A stretch of DNA of 64,000 nucleotides, taken from a virus. The position numbers were made by a program, and so were the translations under genes. The stretch lies in IMG/VR virus record IMGVR_UViG_3300032265_003789, positions 1 through 64,000 of that record; one strand, written 5' to 3'. Positions 40,222 to 49,595 of the stretch are shown piece after piece (the stretch's first letter is position 1; the number at the start of each line of letters is the position of its first letter). The notes under the pieces were generated by a model. It was not told the DNA's origin and did not search any database. It saw only the letters and a program-made list of their open reading frames with translations.

Positions 40222-40898
40222 CTCCTTTACAAATTACAGCGCACCTTTCACGACCTTTAGCCACTACTGATAGCCTTTCTCCAGCGATTGAAGGATTGAT
40301 TGAATATAAGCTCAGAGAAGAACTAGGGCTACTAGATCCCAATCCACAAAAGCTTGAAGAAATAACACAGATAGATTTACCCCTACTAAAAAACAAATTG
40401 GGATTTTATCACTGTAGCTCTCCACACTATCTTTACAGCAAAGAAGAGCAAGTCAATTTTCGTAAGCGCTGGGATTATCAGGATAGGCACTTAGACTGGG
40501 GCAAAAAGAAAGCCAAGGTTGATACAAGTCAAGGGCAGTTCAAGTCTTACGATATGCCACTTTTTTTGCGTACGATTAGTAGAATTGACTGGTTCGTGGT
40601 AGGAGAGCAAGAGACAATTTTAAGATTACTCAAAAACGTAACTCACCTAGGCAAAAAACGCAGTCAAGGATATGGGTTGGTTACTAGCTGGACTGCTCAA
40701 GAAATTCCAGGGGATTGGTCAATAATTGGCCCAGACAACAGGCTTAGACGACCGGTTCCAGTAGAGCTATTTACTCCTAAGTTGCCTGAGCACAAACAAC
40801 TAGCAGCCTGGAAATTACCAAGCTGGCACCACGAATCTACTAGCCTTTGCTGGGTACCAAGCGTGAATATTAAGCAGGAGAATTGTCTTGCCTCTTAG
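40218..40898 (+). CDS. csf3: Type IV Csf3 (Cas5-like)
   Basis: PLQITAHL..P, VDT..G.FKSY..P, WFVVG...I..LL..VTHLGKKRSQGYG.V..W, RPVP. Confidence 0.88.
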   Translation: MTPLQITAHLSRPLATTDSLSPAIEGLIEYKLREELGLLDPNPQKLEEITQIDLPLLKNKLGFYHCSSPHYLYSKEEQVNFRKRWDYQDRHLDWGKKKAKVDTSQGQFKSYDMPLFLRTISRIDWFVVGEQETILRLLKNVTHLGKKRSQGYGLVTSWTAQEIPGDWSIIGPDNRLRRPVPVELFTPKLPEHKQLAAWKLPSWHHESTSLCWVPSVNIKQENCLAS

Positions 40899-41625
40899 CA
40901 AAGGCTCTGGCTTACAAATTCCTTGGCTCAAGCCCAAAATCAACAAGGCTCTAGATTTAATTAAGCAGTGGCTAGAGCTTTGTGATCATCAGGTTTATTG
41001 CGCGGTTTCGGGCGGTAAGGACAGCTTGGTTTTAAGCCATTTAGTGCAACAAGTATATCCAGATTGCCCAAACCTTTGGATTAATCAAGGCCCTTTGGCT
41101 GAATGGGATGATTGTATTGAATTGTTGTCAACTTTCAATAATTTGATTGAATTGTGTCCGAGAAGGTCTTTATTAAAGTTGTATTGTGATTACGGGCTTA
41201 ATTTTGATGGCACAATGCACACAAAATTAGACAAAATCATAAATCAAATTTTAATTTATGATCCACTTGATGAGTACATTGAGCAACATCAAATAAAAGG
41301 TTCTGCCGTAGGGATTAGATCTCAAGAATCAAAAGCAAGACTTTTAAATCTTGCCAGAAGAGGACTATTGTATCAAATGAAAGACAAATCTTGGAAGTGC
41401 TGCGCAATCGGAAAATGGACAACTCAAGATATTTGGAACTATATTGATCACCATAAATTGATCTATCCTGCAATTTATGATTTAGACAGGTATACAGTTA
41501 GAAACGGGCCGCCTAACGGAACTACCGGCGCCAATAGGGGGCGAATAACTTTTCTTAAACGACACTACCCTGAGCTCTATCATCAATTTATTCAAGCTTT
41601 TCCCGAAGTAAAAGACCACTGCTAA
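40888..41625 (+). CDS. cysH: CysH-like (PAPS reductase family) accessory protein of type IV-B
   Basis: AVSGGKDSLVL PP-loop, GIRSQESKAR, W...DIWNYI; directly after csf3. Confidence 0.85.
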   Translation: MPLSKGSGLQIPWLKPKINKALDLIKQWLELCDHQVYCAVSGGKDSLVLSHLVQQVYPDCPNLWINQGPLAEWDDCIELLSTFNNLIELCPRRSLLKLYCDYGLNFDGTMHTKLDKIINQILIYDPLDEYIEQHQIKGSAVGIRSQESKARLLNLARRGLLYQMKDKSWKCCAIGKWTTQDIWNYIDHHKLIYPAIYDLDRYTVRNGPPNGTTGANRGRITFLKRHYPELYHQFIQAFPEVKDHC

Positions 41626-41640
41626 AATATTTTCCCAAAT

Positions 41641-41711
41641 TAAGTATAAATACTTATTGACCCCTAATAGGAAATGGATTAAGCTATAAAAGTTAAGAAA
41701 TTAATTAGGAG
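41641..41711 (+). promoter_or_regulatory. Palindrome-containing promoter
   Basis: TAAGTATAAATACTTA, TTGACC-17-TAAGCT, AAAGTTAAGAAA, AGGAG. Confidence 0.8.
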
Positions 41712-41718
41712 ATACGAG

Positions 41719-41946
41719 ATGTCAATGGAATTATTTTTACGTGACGGCAAGTTGTATTACAGAACCGCTAAAGGGGACGTATTTGTCCTCAACGGACTAC
41801 GTAGCGAGATCATCAGAAACCCTTTCAATTATTTGGTTCACAGCGCAGTCTGTGACGCCACGGATACTTTCAACCTTATTGCCTCAAAAGAGGTAATCGC
41901 TGATCTAGTAGAATCTCTAGAAGCAGCCAGTGAAGTCGGATTTTAG
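41719..41946 (+). CDS. Small hypothetical protein
   Basis: RBS and promoter upstream. Confidence 0.75.
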   Translation: MSMELFLRDGKLYYRTAKGDVFVLNGLRSEIIRNPFNYLVHSAVCDATDTFNLIASKEVIADLVESLEAASEVGF

Positions 41947-41964
41947 CAGATTTAGGAGAAAATC

Positions 41965-42450
41965 ATGAAACCAATCAATACTACCGCCAGATTGTACTTT
42001 CAAATTGAAAACCTTGAATTGTCCGAGGTTGTGAGAATTTGCCAGCTAACTAAATGCTTAGAGGACAATCCCCTCCTAGGCTACCTTGCCAGAATTGGCA
42101 GTTTTGCCCCCACGTCTGTAGAAGACTGGTTGTCAATTGTCAACCTGTGTCAGAAAGAAATCCAAAGGGTTGGCTATGTTTTTAGCTCACTAGATACAAC
42201 AGTGGAGCTAAAAGATTTTGTAGATATAGCCAGCGATGGACACGCGGTTACAGGTCTAAGTTACGACCGTGGCAATTATCAAATTGTCATTACACACAAA
42301 TGGGATTCAACATCCCTGCGCTCTTGGGCAGTAGAATTTCATTGCAATGAGGTCACTTCGCAATTTGAGAATTTTAGATTTGAGGTGGCAGACGCCATCG
42401 CATCTCAAAGAGCAATCACTAGGAAGATCTCGCATCTGCTAGCTGCCTAG
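41965..42450 (+). CDS. Hypothetical protein
   Basis: AGGAG RBS. Confidence 0.7.
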   Translation: MKPINTTARLYFQIENLELSEVVRICQLTKCLEDNPLLGYLARIGSFAPTSVEDWLSIVNLCQKEIQRVGYVFSSLDTTVELKDFVDIASDGHAVTGLSYDRGNYQIVITHKWDSTSLRSWAVEFHCNEVTSQFENFRFEVADAIASQRAITRKISHLLAA

Positions 42451-42552
42451 TATAATAGAAGTTGACTTTAAGATTTGTACGATGTAGCCTTGGCAATTGC
42501 CAGGGCTATTGTTATTGATAAGATAAGTGTATTATTTATATTTTTAATACAT

Positions 42553-43329
42553 ATGGCTTTACGAGTTACCTTGAGCGAATCAGGTGATTATGCTCTCACA
42601 ATAGATGCTGCTGATTTGGAGCAAATAACATCTCAGGTCACTGGGATTTTTGATTTAAAATCTTTAAATGTTCCAGCCGCTAATCTAGCGGGAGATGCTC
42701 TCCCTCAATCGATTAATCAGCCTCTTAATGATTTTCAATATCGCTATACTCTTACGGTAGATACTTCAAATTTGCAGCAAATCCCACCTCAAGTTACTGC
42801 AATTCTAAATTTACAATCAAATAGTTCAACAGCTCCAGTTTTGCCAAAGCCAGTTCCTCTAGTTCTGCCTCGACTGCCTAGTCAGGCTCAAATCGATGCG
42901 CGTTTCAAGTACCTCAACAATACAATCAAACAACTTTTAAAATCCGAGTTAGGGCAGTACGAATTAGTCAAAGCAAGCAAGGTGATCAAGACATTGCCAG
43001 CGGTTTGGACTGAGCCACCTGTATTGCCAACAGAATACAGGATGAAAGAAAAATCTGGTATCGAGGTGATAATCTCCAGAGAAAGCGATCTTTCACAGCA
43101 ATCAGCCTTCAACAACGTATTGGAGCTCTACGAAAAATACACGCTGACACTGAGGCAATATGACACAGCAAAAACAACTCAACTTGCAGTGACTAAATTG
43201 CTCAACTCCAATCTTTTTGTGATTATTGATCAACCTAGGACTGTACCCTATACCCAGCTCAGCAGCGGTCTAGTCTACGAAACCACAACCGTCAAGATCA
43301 CCTCAGCTAGTTGGTATTTAAGGAGTTAA
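42553..43329 (+). CDS. Putative tail terminator/neck protein with two N-terminal repeats
   Basis: Directly upstream of the tail tube; LGQY...PAVW..PP...SGIEVII, Y.LTLRQYD. Confidence 0.5.
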   Translation: MALRVTLSESGDYALTIDAADLEQITSQVTGIFDLKSLNVPAANLAGDALPQSINQPLNDFQYRYTLTVDTSNLQQIPPQVTAILNLQSNSSTAPVLPKPVPLVLPRLPSQAQIDARFKYLNNTIKQLLKSELGQYELVKASKVIKTLPAVWTEPPVLPTEYRMKEKSGIEVIISRESDLSQQSAFNNVLELYEKYTLTLRQYDTAKTTQLAVTKLLNSNLFVIIDQPRTVPYTQLSSGLVYETTTVKITSASWYLRS

Positions 43330-43384
43330 TACAGCTATGTTAAAATACAAATAAACTTAATCGATTAAGGTATTTGTATTAAAT

Positions 43385-44332
43385 ATGGCAGTTTTAAATT
43401 ATTCACGTGTTGTCAACGACAAGACCTCATACACTCCAGGTCAAGACACTAAAATTTTAATTTCTCCCGCGTACGCGCGCGGTAGCGCTGTGCCCTTTGT
43501 CACAGTTTATTTAGCTGGTAACGCGACCCCTCAAGGTGCAAGTGCAACTGTTGAAGTAGTTGTTGCCAATGGTGTAATTGTTGACTTGACAATTACTAAT
43601 GGTGGAGAGGGTTACAACGATGGCGCGGTCATTTCTTTCTCTGGCTCAGGCAGTGGCGCTAGCGCTACTTTGATTGTTGAAGGCGGTGTGGTTACTGGCT
43701 ATAGTGACCTAATTGGTGGTATTGGCTATGGCGCAACTGGCACTACTGCTACAATTGTTGGTTTTACAAACGCTAGTGGGGCGATTACAGTTGGTACTCA
43801 AGAGCTGATTCTAGATGCTCCCTTGCCAGATCTCTATGAAGGTACTAGATTACCTTTTCTAGATAATGGCGTACTCAAACCAGTGTACGTCTCACAATTT
43901 ACCCCAGCAGGTAGCCAAGCTGTGCCAATTCTGCCTAGCAGATATAATATTGCTGTTAGCGCTCAAGCAAAGGTAAAAGCTTTTATCCCTCTGTTTAGTG
44001 CAAACCAAGTTAACCTTGATCAAAAAGCAGACGTGATTAAAGAGCTTAACTTCAGCGCTGGCTTGTTCTACCAAAAAGCGGTCACTGGAATTGACGGTAC
44101 AGCTTCAGCTCAAGGTACCCAGGTCTACGGAGACCCTGGGTTAAACGTACTTGAAAGAGCAAACCTTAACGCTCAGTTAGTATACGTGACCGTGCTCAAA
44201 GGCTCCCAGCGTGGCGGCGCATCTTTTGAAGCGATTGTTGCTGGCTTGCCTGAATCTGTACAAAGAAACGGGTTCTTCCAGCAAACAATCAATTTTGAGC
44301 CTAGTGGCGCTGTTGATAAATTTGATTATTAA
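43385..44332 (+). CDS. Major tail tube protein with inserted Gly-rich beta domain
   Basis: C-terminal tube-like pattern (YGDPG, FEAIV, QQTINF..SG); ITNGGEGY/SGSGASAT insert; followed by the chaperone pair. Confidence 0.7.
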   Translation: MAVLNYSRVVNDKTSYTPGQDTKILISPAYARGSAVPFVTVYLAGNATPQGASATVEVVVANGVIVDLTITNGGEGYNDGAVISFSGSGSGASATLIVEGGVVTGYSDLIGGIGYGATGTTATIVGFTNASGAITVGTQELILDAPLPDLYEGTRLPFLDNGVLKPVYVSQFTPAGSQAVPILPSRYNIAVSAQAKVKAFIPLFSANQVNLDQKADVIKELNFSAGLFYQKAVTGIDGTASAQGTQVYGDPGLNVLERANLNAQLVYVTVLKGSQRGGASFEAIVAGLPESVQRNGFFQQTINFEPSGAVDKFDY

Positions 44333-44588
44333 GCAGCAAAATCAATTTGAGATATTACGCTCTCACTGGAGTGAGGGCGATCTCATTTGGATAGCAAACG
44401 CTAGGAGATATAGGCAAAAACTCCTAGCTAATTTTTGCTATTTTGCCCCGACAATCAGGCAAAATATTTTGATTTTATATCCAGATGAGGCGAAATCCCA
44501 AAGTATTAAAATAGTAATACCGCGCGAGCTTTTGCATCAAAGTTCAGCGCGTTTACTCACCAATTTTGAACTATCAATCCAAACATGA
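44322..44588 (+). CDS. Hypothetical protein (start uncertain)
   Basis: Open frame between tube and chaperone; stop overlaps the next ATG. Confidence 0.45.
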   Translation: MIIKQQNQFEILRSHWSEGDLIWIANARRYRQKLLANFCYFAPTIRQNILILYPDEAKSQSIKIVIPRELLHQSSARLLTNFELSIQT

Positions 44589-45229
44589 CCTCATTACTTA
44601 GTAAATTCAAGCCCAGTATTTATTTTTTAGAAATCAAACCAGAGTGGATCGAATTTAGCTACAACTCTCCAGAATTCGACCTGCTCGATAAGATAGCCAG
44701 CCAAAATAAAGAAGGAACTATCGGGCTTAGCCTGCTCAAGCGCCATGGCATTCATCCCAGCGAGGATGAGGCAATTAAAGAAATTCACGAAGCTTATCTA
44801 GATTGTGCCAAGCAATATTTCAATACAATCAAGCTAATCTCTGAGAGCACAAGCTTAACCCCTAGCGAGGTCACATCTCGCACTTCACCTCAGCTTTTAG
44901 AGGAAATTGACGCGCTCTCTCTAGAGTCAGATAAAGCCAAACTTGCCCAGGCTAAAAGGGATTTAAAGCAAGAAAATGCGGCTATTGCCGAGCGACTAGC
45001 TCCCTATAATGAGCAATACAACCAAGTGCAAGCTGACTACAATACCAGCTTTGATAACTATTACGTGGCGCTCATATCCCTGTTTCTCTCTGGCAAAAGA
45101 CTAGAATCCAGTGTTGCTTTTACCAGCGAGAATGTGCGCAATCTCCACAGTGGCTTGCGCTCTGCCCTAGCAAATTTTGTGACTAACGAGATCAACGGCT
45201 GGAGCTCTAGTGAGGGGAAGCAGAACTGA
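44585..45229 (+). CDS. Tail assembly chaperone (G-like)
   Basis: Ends ..EGKQN with slippery GGGGAAG at 45214-45220. Confidence 0.65.
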   Translation: MTSLLSKFKPSIYFLEIKPEWIEFSYNSPEFDLLDKIASQNKEGTIGLSLLKRHGIHPSEDEAIKEIHEAYLDCAKQYFNTIKLISESTSLTPSEVTSRTSPQLLEEIDALSLESDKAKLAQAKRDLKQENAAIAERLAPYNEQYNQVQADYNTSFDNYYVALISLFLSGKRLESSVAFTSENVRNLHSGLRSALANFVTNEINGWSSSEGKQN

Positions 45230-45681
45230 GCGACAATCTAATCGAGGCTCAGATTGAATATTACAATCTGCCTCAGCCGGATTGGGAAGAGGTTTTTTAC
45301 CAGTGGATTGCCTATGGTTTGCCTCTAGATGATTTTTACAATATGCCCAAAAACCAGATTCTCAAGATTTGGCAAGGAGTAAAGAAAGTCAAAGCTGAGG
45401 AGATAAACGCTCAATCCCTAAGCGCGGCAAATTTGGCTTATATGGCGTACGAGTATATCAGGGATCACGAGAAATCTGCAGGCAAAGACCTACAAGATTT
45501 TCTACCTTTTGACCTGCGCTCAATAGAGCAGGCTGAATTAATAGATCCCAAGACGGCGCAAATAATCATCAAAGCTAGAGATAGCGGACTATTGCCACCA
45601 AGAATTTTTAAAGAGATTACTGGAGTAACAGAGCTACATGCGCAAATCGTTAAATTGGGAACCAAGTCAGAGCCTGATTGA
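45214..45681 (+). CDS. Tail assembly chaperone frameshift extension (T-like)
   Basis: The -1 frame opens exactly at the slippery site and continues into the 45319-45681 ORF. Confidence 0.65.
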   Translation, partial: GEAELSDNLIEAQIEYYNLPQPDWEEVFYQWIAYGLPLDDFYNMPKNQILKIWQGVKKVKAEEINAQSLSAANLAYMAYEYIRDHEKSAGKDLQDFLPFDLRSIEQAELIDPKTAQIIIKARDSGLLPPRIFKEITGVTELHAQIVKLGTKSEPD

Positions 45682-45922
45682 AGTTGATATCCACCAGGCT
45701 GCTAGAAGGCTAAACAAGATAATTTCAGACTGCATAGAGAACAACTGGGATTCCACCAAGCAAATTTATATAGACCGCCACAATATAATCAGATGGCTTT
45801 CAATCCCTGGCGAAGATTGTATCTGCCTAGGCTCAATCAAGGAGCTGCACAATAAAGCTCCCAAAGAGGATCCCTTTTGGTACTATGCCAATTTAATCAA
45901 ATCAAAGAAGCGATTGAGCTAG
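45638..45922 (+). CDS. Hypothetical protein
   Basis: 94-aa ORF. Confidence 0.45.
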   Translation: MRKSLNWEPSQSLIEVDIHQAARRLNKIISDCIENNWDSTKQIYIDRHNIIRWLSIPGEDCICLGSIKELHNKAPKEDPFWYYANLIKSKKRLS

Positions 45923-46219
45923 TAGTTCTCTAGCTTTATTGAGAAATATTTGAGCAATTATTGCTTGATTTTTGCCAGTGATTTCGGCATTTACAACTAT
46001 GCCTAGCAATAGATCAACTAGCTTATCTTGACCCTTGAGCTGTGGAGAATATGGGGTCAGATTATCGTCAATTCTATGATCTTCAAATTGCCCAATTAAC
46101 TGGTTGAACTGGGCAATATAACTAGCGTCAAACCTGTAATATTTGTCAATATAAACGCAATCAGCAATCCAACTGGAGAGAGCCGATTTTATTGTCGCCA
46201 GTGTTGTTAATGTCTGCAT
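45902..46219 (-). CDS. Hypothetical, paralog family member 1
   Basis: L..W.ADC N-terminal motif shared with neighbours. Confidence 0.6.
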   Translation of the reverse strand: MQTLTTLATIKSALSSWIADCVYIDKYYRFDASYIAQFNQLIGQFEDHRIDDNLTPYSPQLKGQDKLVDLLLGIVVNAEITGKNQAIIAQIFLNKARELLAQSLL

Positions 46220-46565
46220 GTATTGATTTTACAATACTGGAGATTTTGTCGTAATATTCTGCTTCAATGTAGTATTTGGAGGGATTAAAACTATTTGGAT
46301 CGCACGAGCTAGCATCATATAAAGCCTGCTCAAGCAGGATCAATAATTGGTCTGTCAAACTGCCTGACCAAAGCTCAACTTCTTTCCAGCGATCCAGTTC
46401 TTCAGTTAGATCAAACAAATAAACTGCGTGAAAAACATAGATTTTACTGACAATGAATTCGTCATCCTCCTCGTTTTCAAAGTACTCTATGTCTTGAAAA
46501 TCTTCTTGGCAATTCTTAAGCCAATCTTGGACAAGGTCTAATAATTGTTTTAGTGATTCTGTCAT
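46161..46565 (-). CDS. Hypothetical acidic protein, paralog family member 2
   Basis: LLDLVQDWLKNC; start at MTESLK. Confidence 0.6.
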   Translation of the reverse strand: MTESLKQLLDLVQDWLKNCQEDFQDIEYFENEEDDEFIVSKIYVFHAVYLFDLTEELDRWKEVELWSGSLTDQLLILLEQALYDASSCDPNSFNPSKYYIEAEYYDKISSIVKSIHADINNTGDNKIGSLQLDC

Positions 46566-46873
46566 ATCCTTTTTTGTATTGGTTTCGTAAATTTGACAAT
46601 GTCTTGGTAAATTTTGGGCTCTGTACAAACATGCAAAGGACTAGAATCTTCATACCAAGAAACGTCCAGCATTTGCTCTAAAGCTTTTAACAAAAAAAAC
46701 AAATGCCATTTGATATGATAGTCATCCCACAGTTTTAATTGATCGAATATTTGATCAGAATACTCCACTGGATAGATATAGTAGGGCAATTCTTGTTCAT
46801 TTTGAGGCTCTATAAGTTGACAATCTGCTAACCAGTTGTCGACTAGGGCTAATAATTCTTCTTCTGACGGCAT
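46562..46873 (-). CDS. Hypothetical, paralog family member 3
   Basis: LLALVDNWLADC. Confidence 0.6.
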   Translation of the reverse strand: MPSEEELLALVDNWLADCQLIEPQNEQELPYYIYPVEYSDQIFDQLKLWDDYHIKWHLFFLLKALEQMLDVSWYEDSSPLHVCTEPKIYQDIVKFTKPIQKRI

Positions 46874-46920
46874 AATTGTTTCTTATGTAGATAGCTGGGT
46901 GATTAGCCCAGTTTGTAAGG

Positions 46921-47328
46921 TTAATCAAAAGACCACAATGCAGTGGAGTCACCAAGTTGCTTAGGCCACCTATACCTTTCCTCAAGACTTAAAAGTTTTC
47001 CATCAACTAAAACCTTGGCTTTAAGTGCAGACAATACCATTTCATGGTATTGCACAGGAATAATACAAATCGAATCAGGATTGTACGCATCAAGTGCATT
47101 TTTAGCGTAGACAAATTTATCTACTAACCACAAAGCCTCTATTAATTCCTCATAATGCGGCAAATCATCATCAGAAAGCCCACAATGTTCCAAGAGAATT
47201 TGTTGAAATTTTTTCAACCAACTATAGGTAAATTTGCAAAAATCTCCTTCTATTTTGCGACTATTAGCCCATATAGAAGCTTCTAAAATCACTAAATTTT
47301 GCTTTGGTGATATGACATTTGATAACAT
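46921..47328 (-). CDS. Hypothetical, probable distant member of the same family
   Basis: YNPDSICII.VQYHEM resembles FNPSKYYIEAEYYDK; flanked by approximately 32-bp direct repeats. Confidence 0.55.
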   Translation of the reverse strand: MLSNVISPKQNLVILEASIWANSRKIEGDFCKFTYSWLKKFQQILLEHCGLSDDDLPHYEELIEALWLVDKFVYAKNALDAYNPDSICIIPVQYHEMVLSALKAKVLVDGKLLSLEERYRWPKQLGDSTALWSFD

Positions 47329-47387
47329 AAGCGATTCTCCTAAGATTGATAATTTTAGCTGGGTGATTAGCCCAGCTAATAAGGTTA

Positions 47388-48329
47388 TTAGAACGGCATC
47401 AAATCGGCATTTTTAGCATCAACAGTTTCTATTTCATCATCAACTGTATCAATAATAGCTTGAGCCTTTTTGCCACCGGGCAAGGCAAATTCCAAGTTGT
47501 CTTGGTGTAAATCCCTGAGTTGCTGTCCAAACTTTGTAGAAGCGCTAACCAACATAGACTCAATGCTCACCCCAAAATGCTTGACAGTTTTACCCTTGCT
47601 GTCAACCTCTTGAAATTTGCCCAGAGCAACGCTAGGAGTAGATAGTGTCTCAACAACAATCTGAGGACTGTTGGCGCCGGGCTTTTCCAAACCCAGTTTT
47701 AGGTCAATTACAATGCGAGCTCTGCCAGCCGGTGAGATTATAGAAGGCGGTTTTTTGATGCTCGCAAAATAGGACTTTTCAAAATTGACATAAGTATCTA
47801 CAATAGCTTGTCCAATTGCGTATCCTCCAGCGCCCTTTAATTTGAGTTGTAATGGTTTGCTGTGAAGAGTCTGATTTTTTTCATCAACAAACATCAAAAG
47901 GTAGCGCGTGATTGACCGCCAGCTTTTTTGATCATCGGAGCTGAGACCTTTAATTAATTCGTGGTAATTGGTTGATGCTGAATTGGCAGAATCTCCAAAA
48001 TACAGCCCTTCGTATCGCCAATTTTCATAAGAATTTTTTTTGTATGCTTCGGGACGTGAACGCTGAATTACAACAAACCTTGGCGATTTGGTTAGATACC
48101 CATGTGTTGGTTCATCGTCAACAAATTCTATATCAATATCATCCCAATTGTTATCAGGCTCAAATCCCACCTCAGTGGCTTGCTCTTGCGCTAGGAAAAA
48201 CCCCCAAGGTTTGTTGTCTTTTGCAATGTTTTTTAGTGAATCGTTTTTGACGTTCACTACCTGAACCCAAGGTCTTACCAATGGTTGCGCGATCTCGTTT
48301 TCGAATTCGTTGCTAAATGTGTTGCTCAT
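47388..48329 (-). CDS. Putative ssDNA-binding/recombination protein (DUF5895-like)
   Basis: RYLLMFVDEKNQ.LH.KPLQLKLKG motif; acidic C-terminus ending DLMPF; divergent from dnaN. Confidence 0.5.
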   Translation of the reverse strand: MSNTFSNEFENEIAQPLVRPWVQVVNVKNDSLKNIAKDNKPWGFFLAQEQATEVGFEPDNNWDDIDIEFVDDEPTHGYLTKSPRFVVIQRSRPEAYKKNSYENWRYEGLYFGDSANSASTNYHELIKGLSSDDQKSWRSITRYLLMFVDEKNQTLHSKPLQLKLKGAGGYAIGQAIVDTYVNFEKSYFASIKKPPSIISPAGRARIVIDLKLGLEKPGANSPQIVVETLSTPSVALGKFQEVDSKGKTVKHFGVSIESMLVSASTKFGQQLRDLHQDNLEFALPGGKKAQAIIDTVDDEIETVDAKNADLMPF

Positions 48330-48479
48330 GATTGTTACTCGTAATGTTAGTTTTACTCTGTTGAGTAATTTTGATTCTAAAGGGTTGCTATCTTCCTTGT
48401 CAATAGGTATATCGATCACTTGGCTAATCGCTGGCTTATTGTACAATCAAGGTAAATCAATCAACACAAATAATGTCTT

Positions 48480-49595
48480 ATGGAATTTATAACCACTAAA
48501 GCACTACTGTATCAGGCATTGAGCAAAGCTGCTGCCTTTGTTCCAGCCAATGCCAATCACCCAATTCTCAAAACAGTCCTAGTTGAAGCGAAGGACAAAC
48601 AAGTCAGCTTTACAGGGTTTGACCTGCAATCGGGATGCGTGGCACAATCTCAAGCCACTGTGGTTAAACCGGGCTCTGTAGCGATAAATAAGCAAATATT
48701 GAGCGATTTGATTAGCAGGCTATCTGGGGATATCAAATTCCATGTGGATGAGAATTTTCTAACGACAATCACAGCTTCTACCGGCAGCTATCAAATTGCT
48801 TCCGGCAATTACAAAGATTATATAAGCCTGCCTGTTATCACGCCAGAAATCAAATTTGATATAGATCCCAAGTTGCTCAAGCAATTTATAAAATTTACTG
48901 GTTCTTTCTATACTAATGAGTCAAGTAAGCAGATTCTCACTGGTGTTGATTTTAAATATTTACCTGAGCAGCAAAGCCTTGTAGCAGCCGCTACTGATAG
49001 TCACAAGTTGGCGGTGCAAGCAAGCAGTTGTGATTCTGGGGAAAAAGCTTTTGAGGTAGTGATACCAGGAGCTAGCTTGCAAAAAATCAACCGATTACTA
49101 GAAGGTTCGGTGGTTTCTCTGGAGATAGATTCGGCATGGCTGCGCCTAACCCTATCTTCTGGAGATATTGTGATTACTAGAAAACTTGAGGGAACATATC
49201 CTAAATATGAGTCCCTAGTGCCTAAAAAATTTGAATTAGAATTTACAATCAATCGCAAGGAGCTATTGAGCTCACTAGAGCGCGTGGCATTATTTTCTAA
49301 TAAAGATATAGTTCAATTTAGTATTAGCCACAAGGAATTAGAGCTCAGCGCAAAAAATGAAGTTAACTCCAGTCAAGAATTGATGTCAATTGAACCAGCT
49401 AGGGGTAATGGGCTTACTTCTTTGATTATTGCCTTCAATATTAAATATTTGATTGAGGCTATCCAATCTGTCAGCTCTGATTCAATACGGATTAAGTTGA
49501 ATCAGCCTACCAATCCAGTGATTATCACTCCAGAGCAAGAGGAAGAAAATACCAATTCCTTAATCCTAATCATGCCAGTACAAATTGTAAAATAA
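48480..49595 (+). CDS. dnaN: DNA polymerase III beta clamp
   Basis: HPILKTVL, QILTGV, AATDSHKLA, RKLEGTYPKY, IAFNIKYL, LIMPVQ. Confidence 0.95.
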   Translation: MEFITTKALLYQALSKAAAFVPANANHPILKTVLVEAKDKQVSFTGFDLQSGCVAQSQATVVKPGSVAINKQILSDLISRLSGDIKFHVDENFLTTITASTGSYQIASGNYKDYISLPVITPEIKFDIDPKLLKQFIKFTGSFYTNESSKQILTGVDFKYLPEQQSLVAAATDSHKLAVQASSCDSGEKAFEVVIPGASLQKINRLLEGSVVSLEIDSAWLRLTLSSGDIVITRKLEGTYPKYESLVPKKFELEFTINRKELLSSLERVALFSNKDIVQFSISHKELELSAKNEVNSSQELMSIEPARGNGLTSLIIAFNIKYLIEAIQSVSSDSIRIKLNQPTNPVIITPEQEEENTNSLILIMPVQIVK

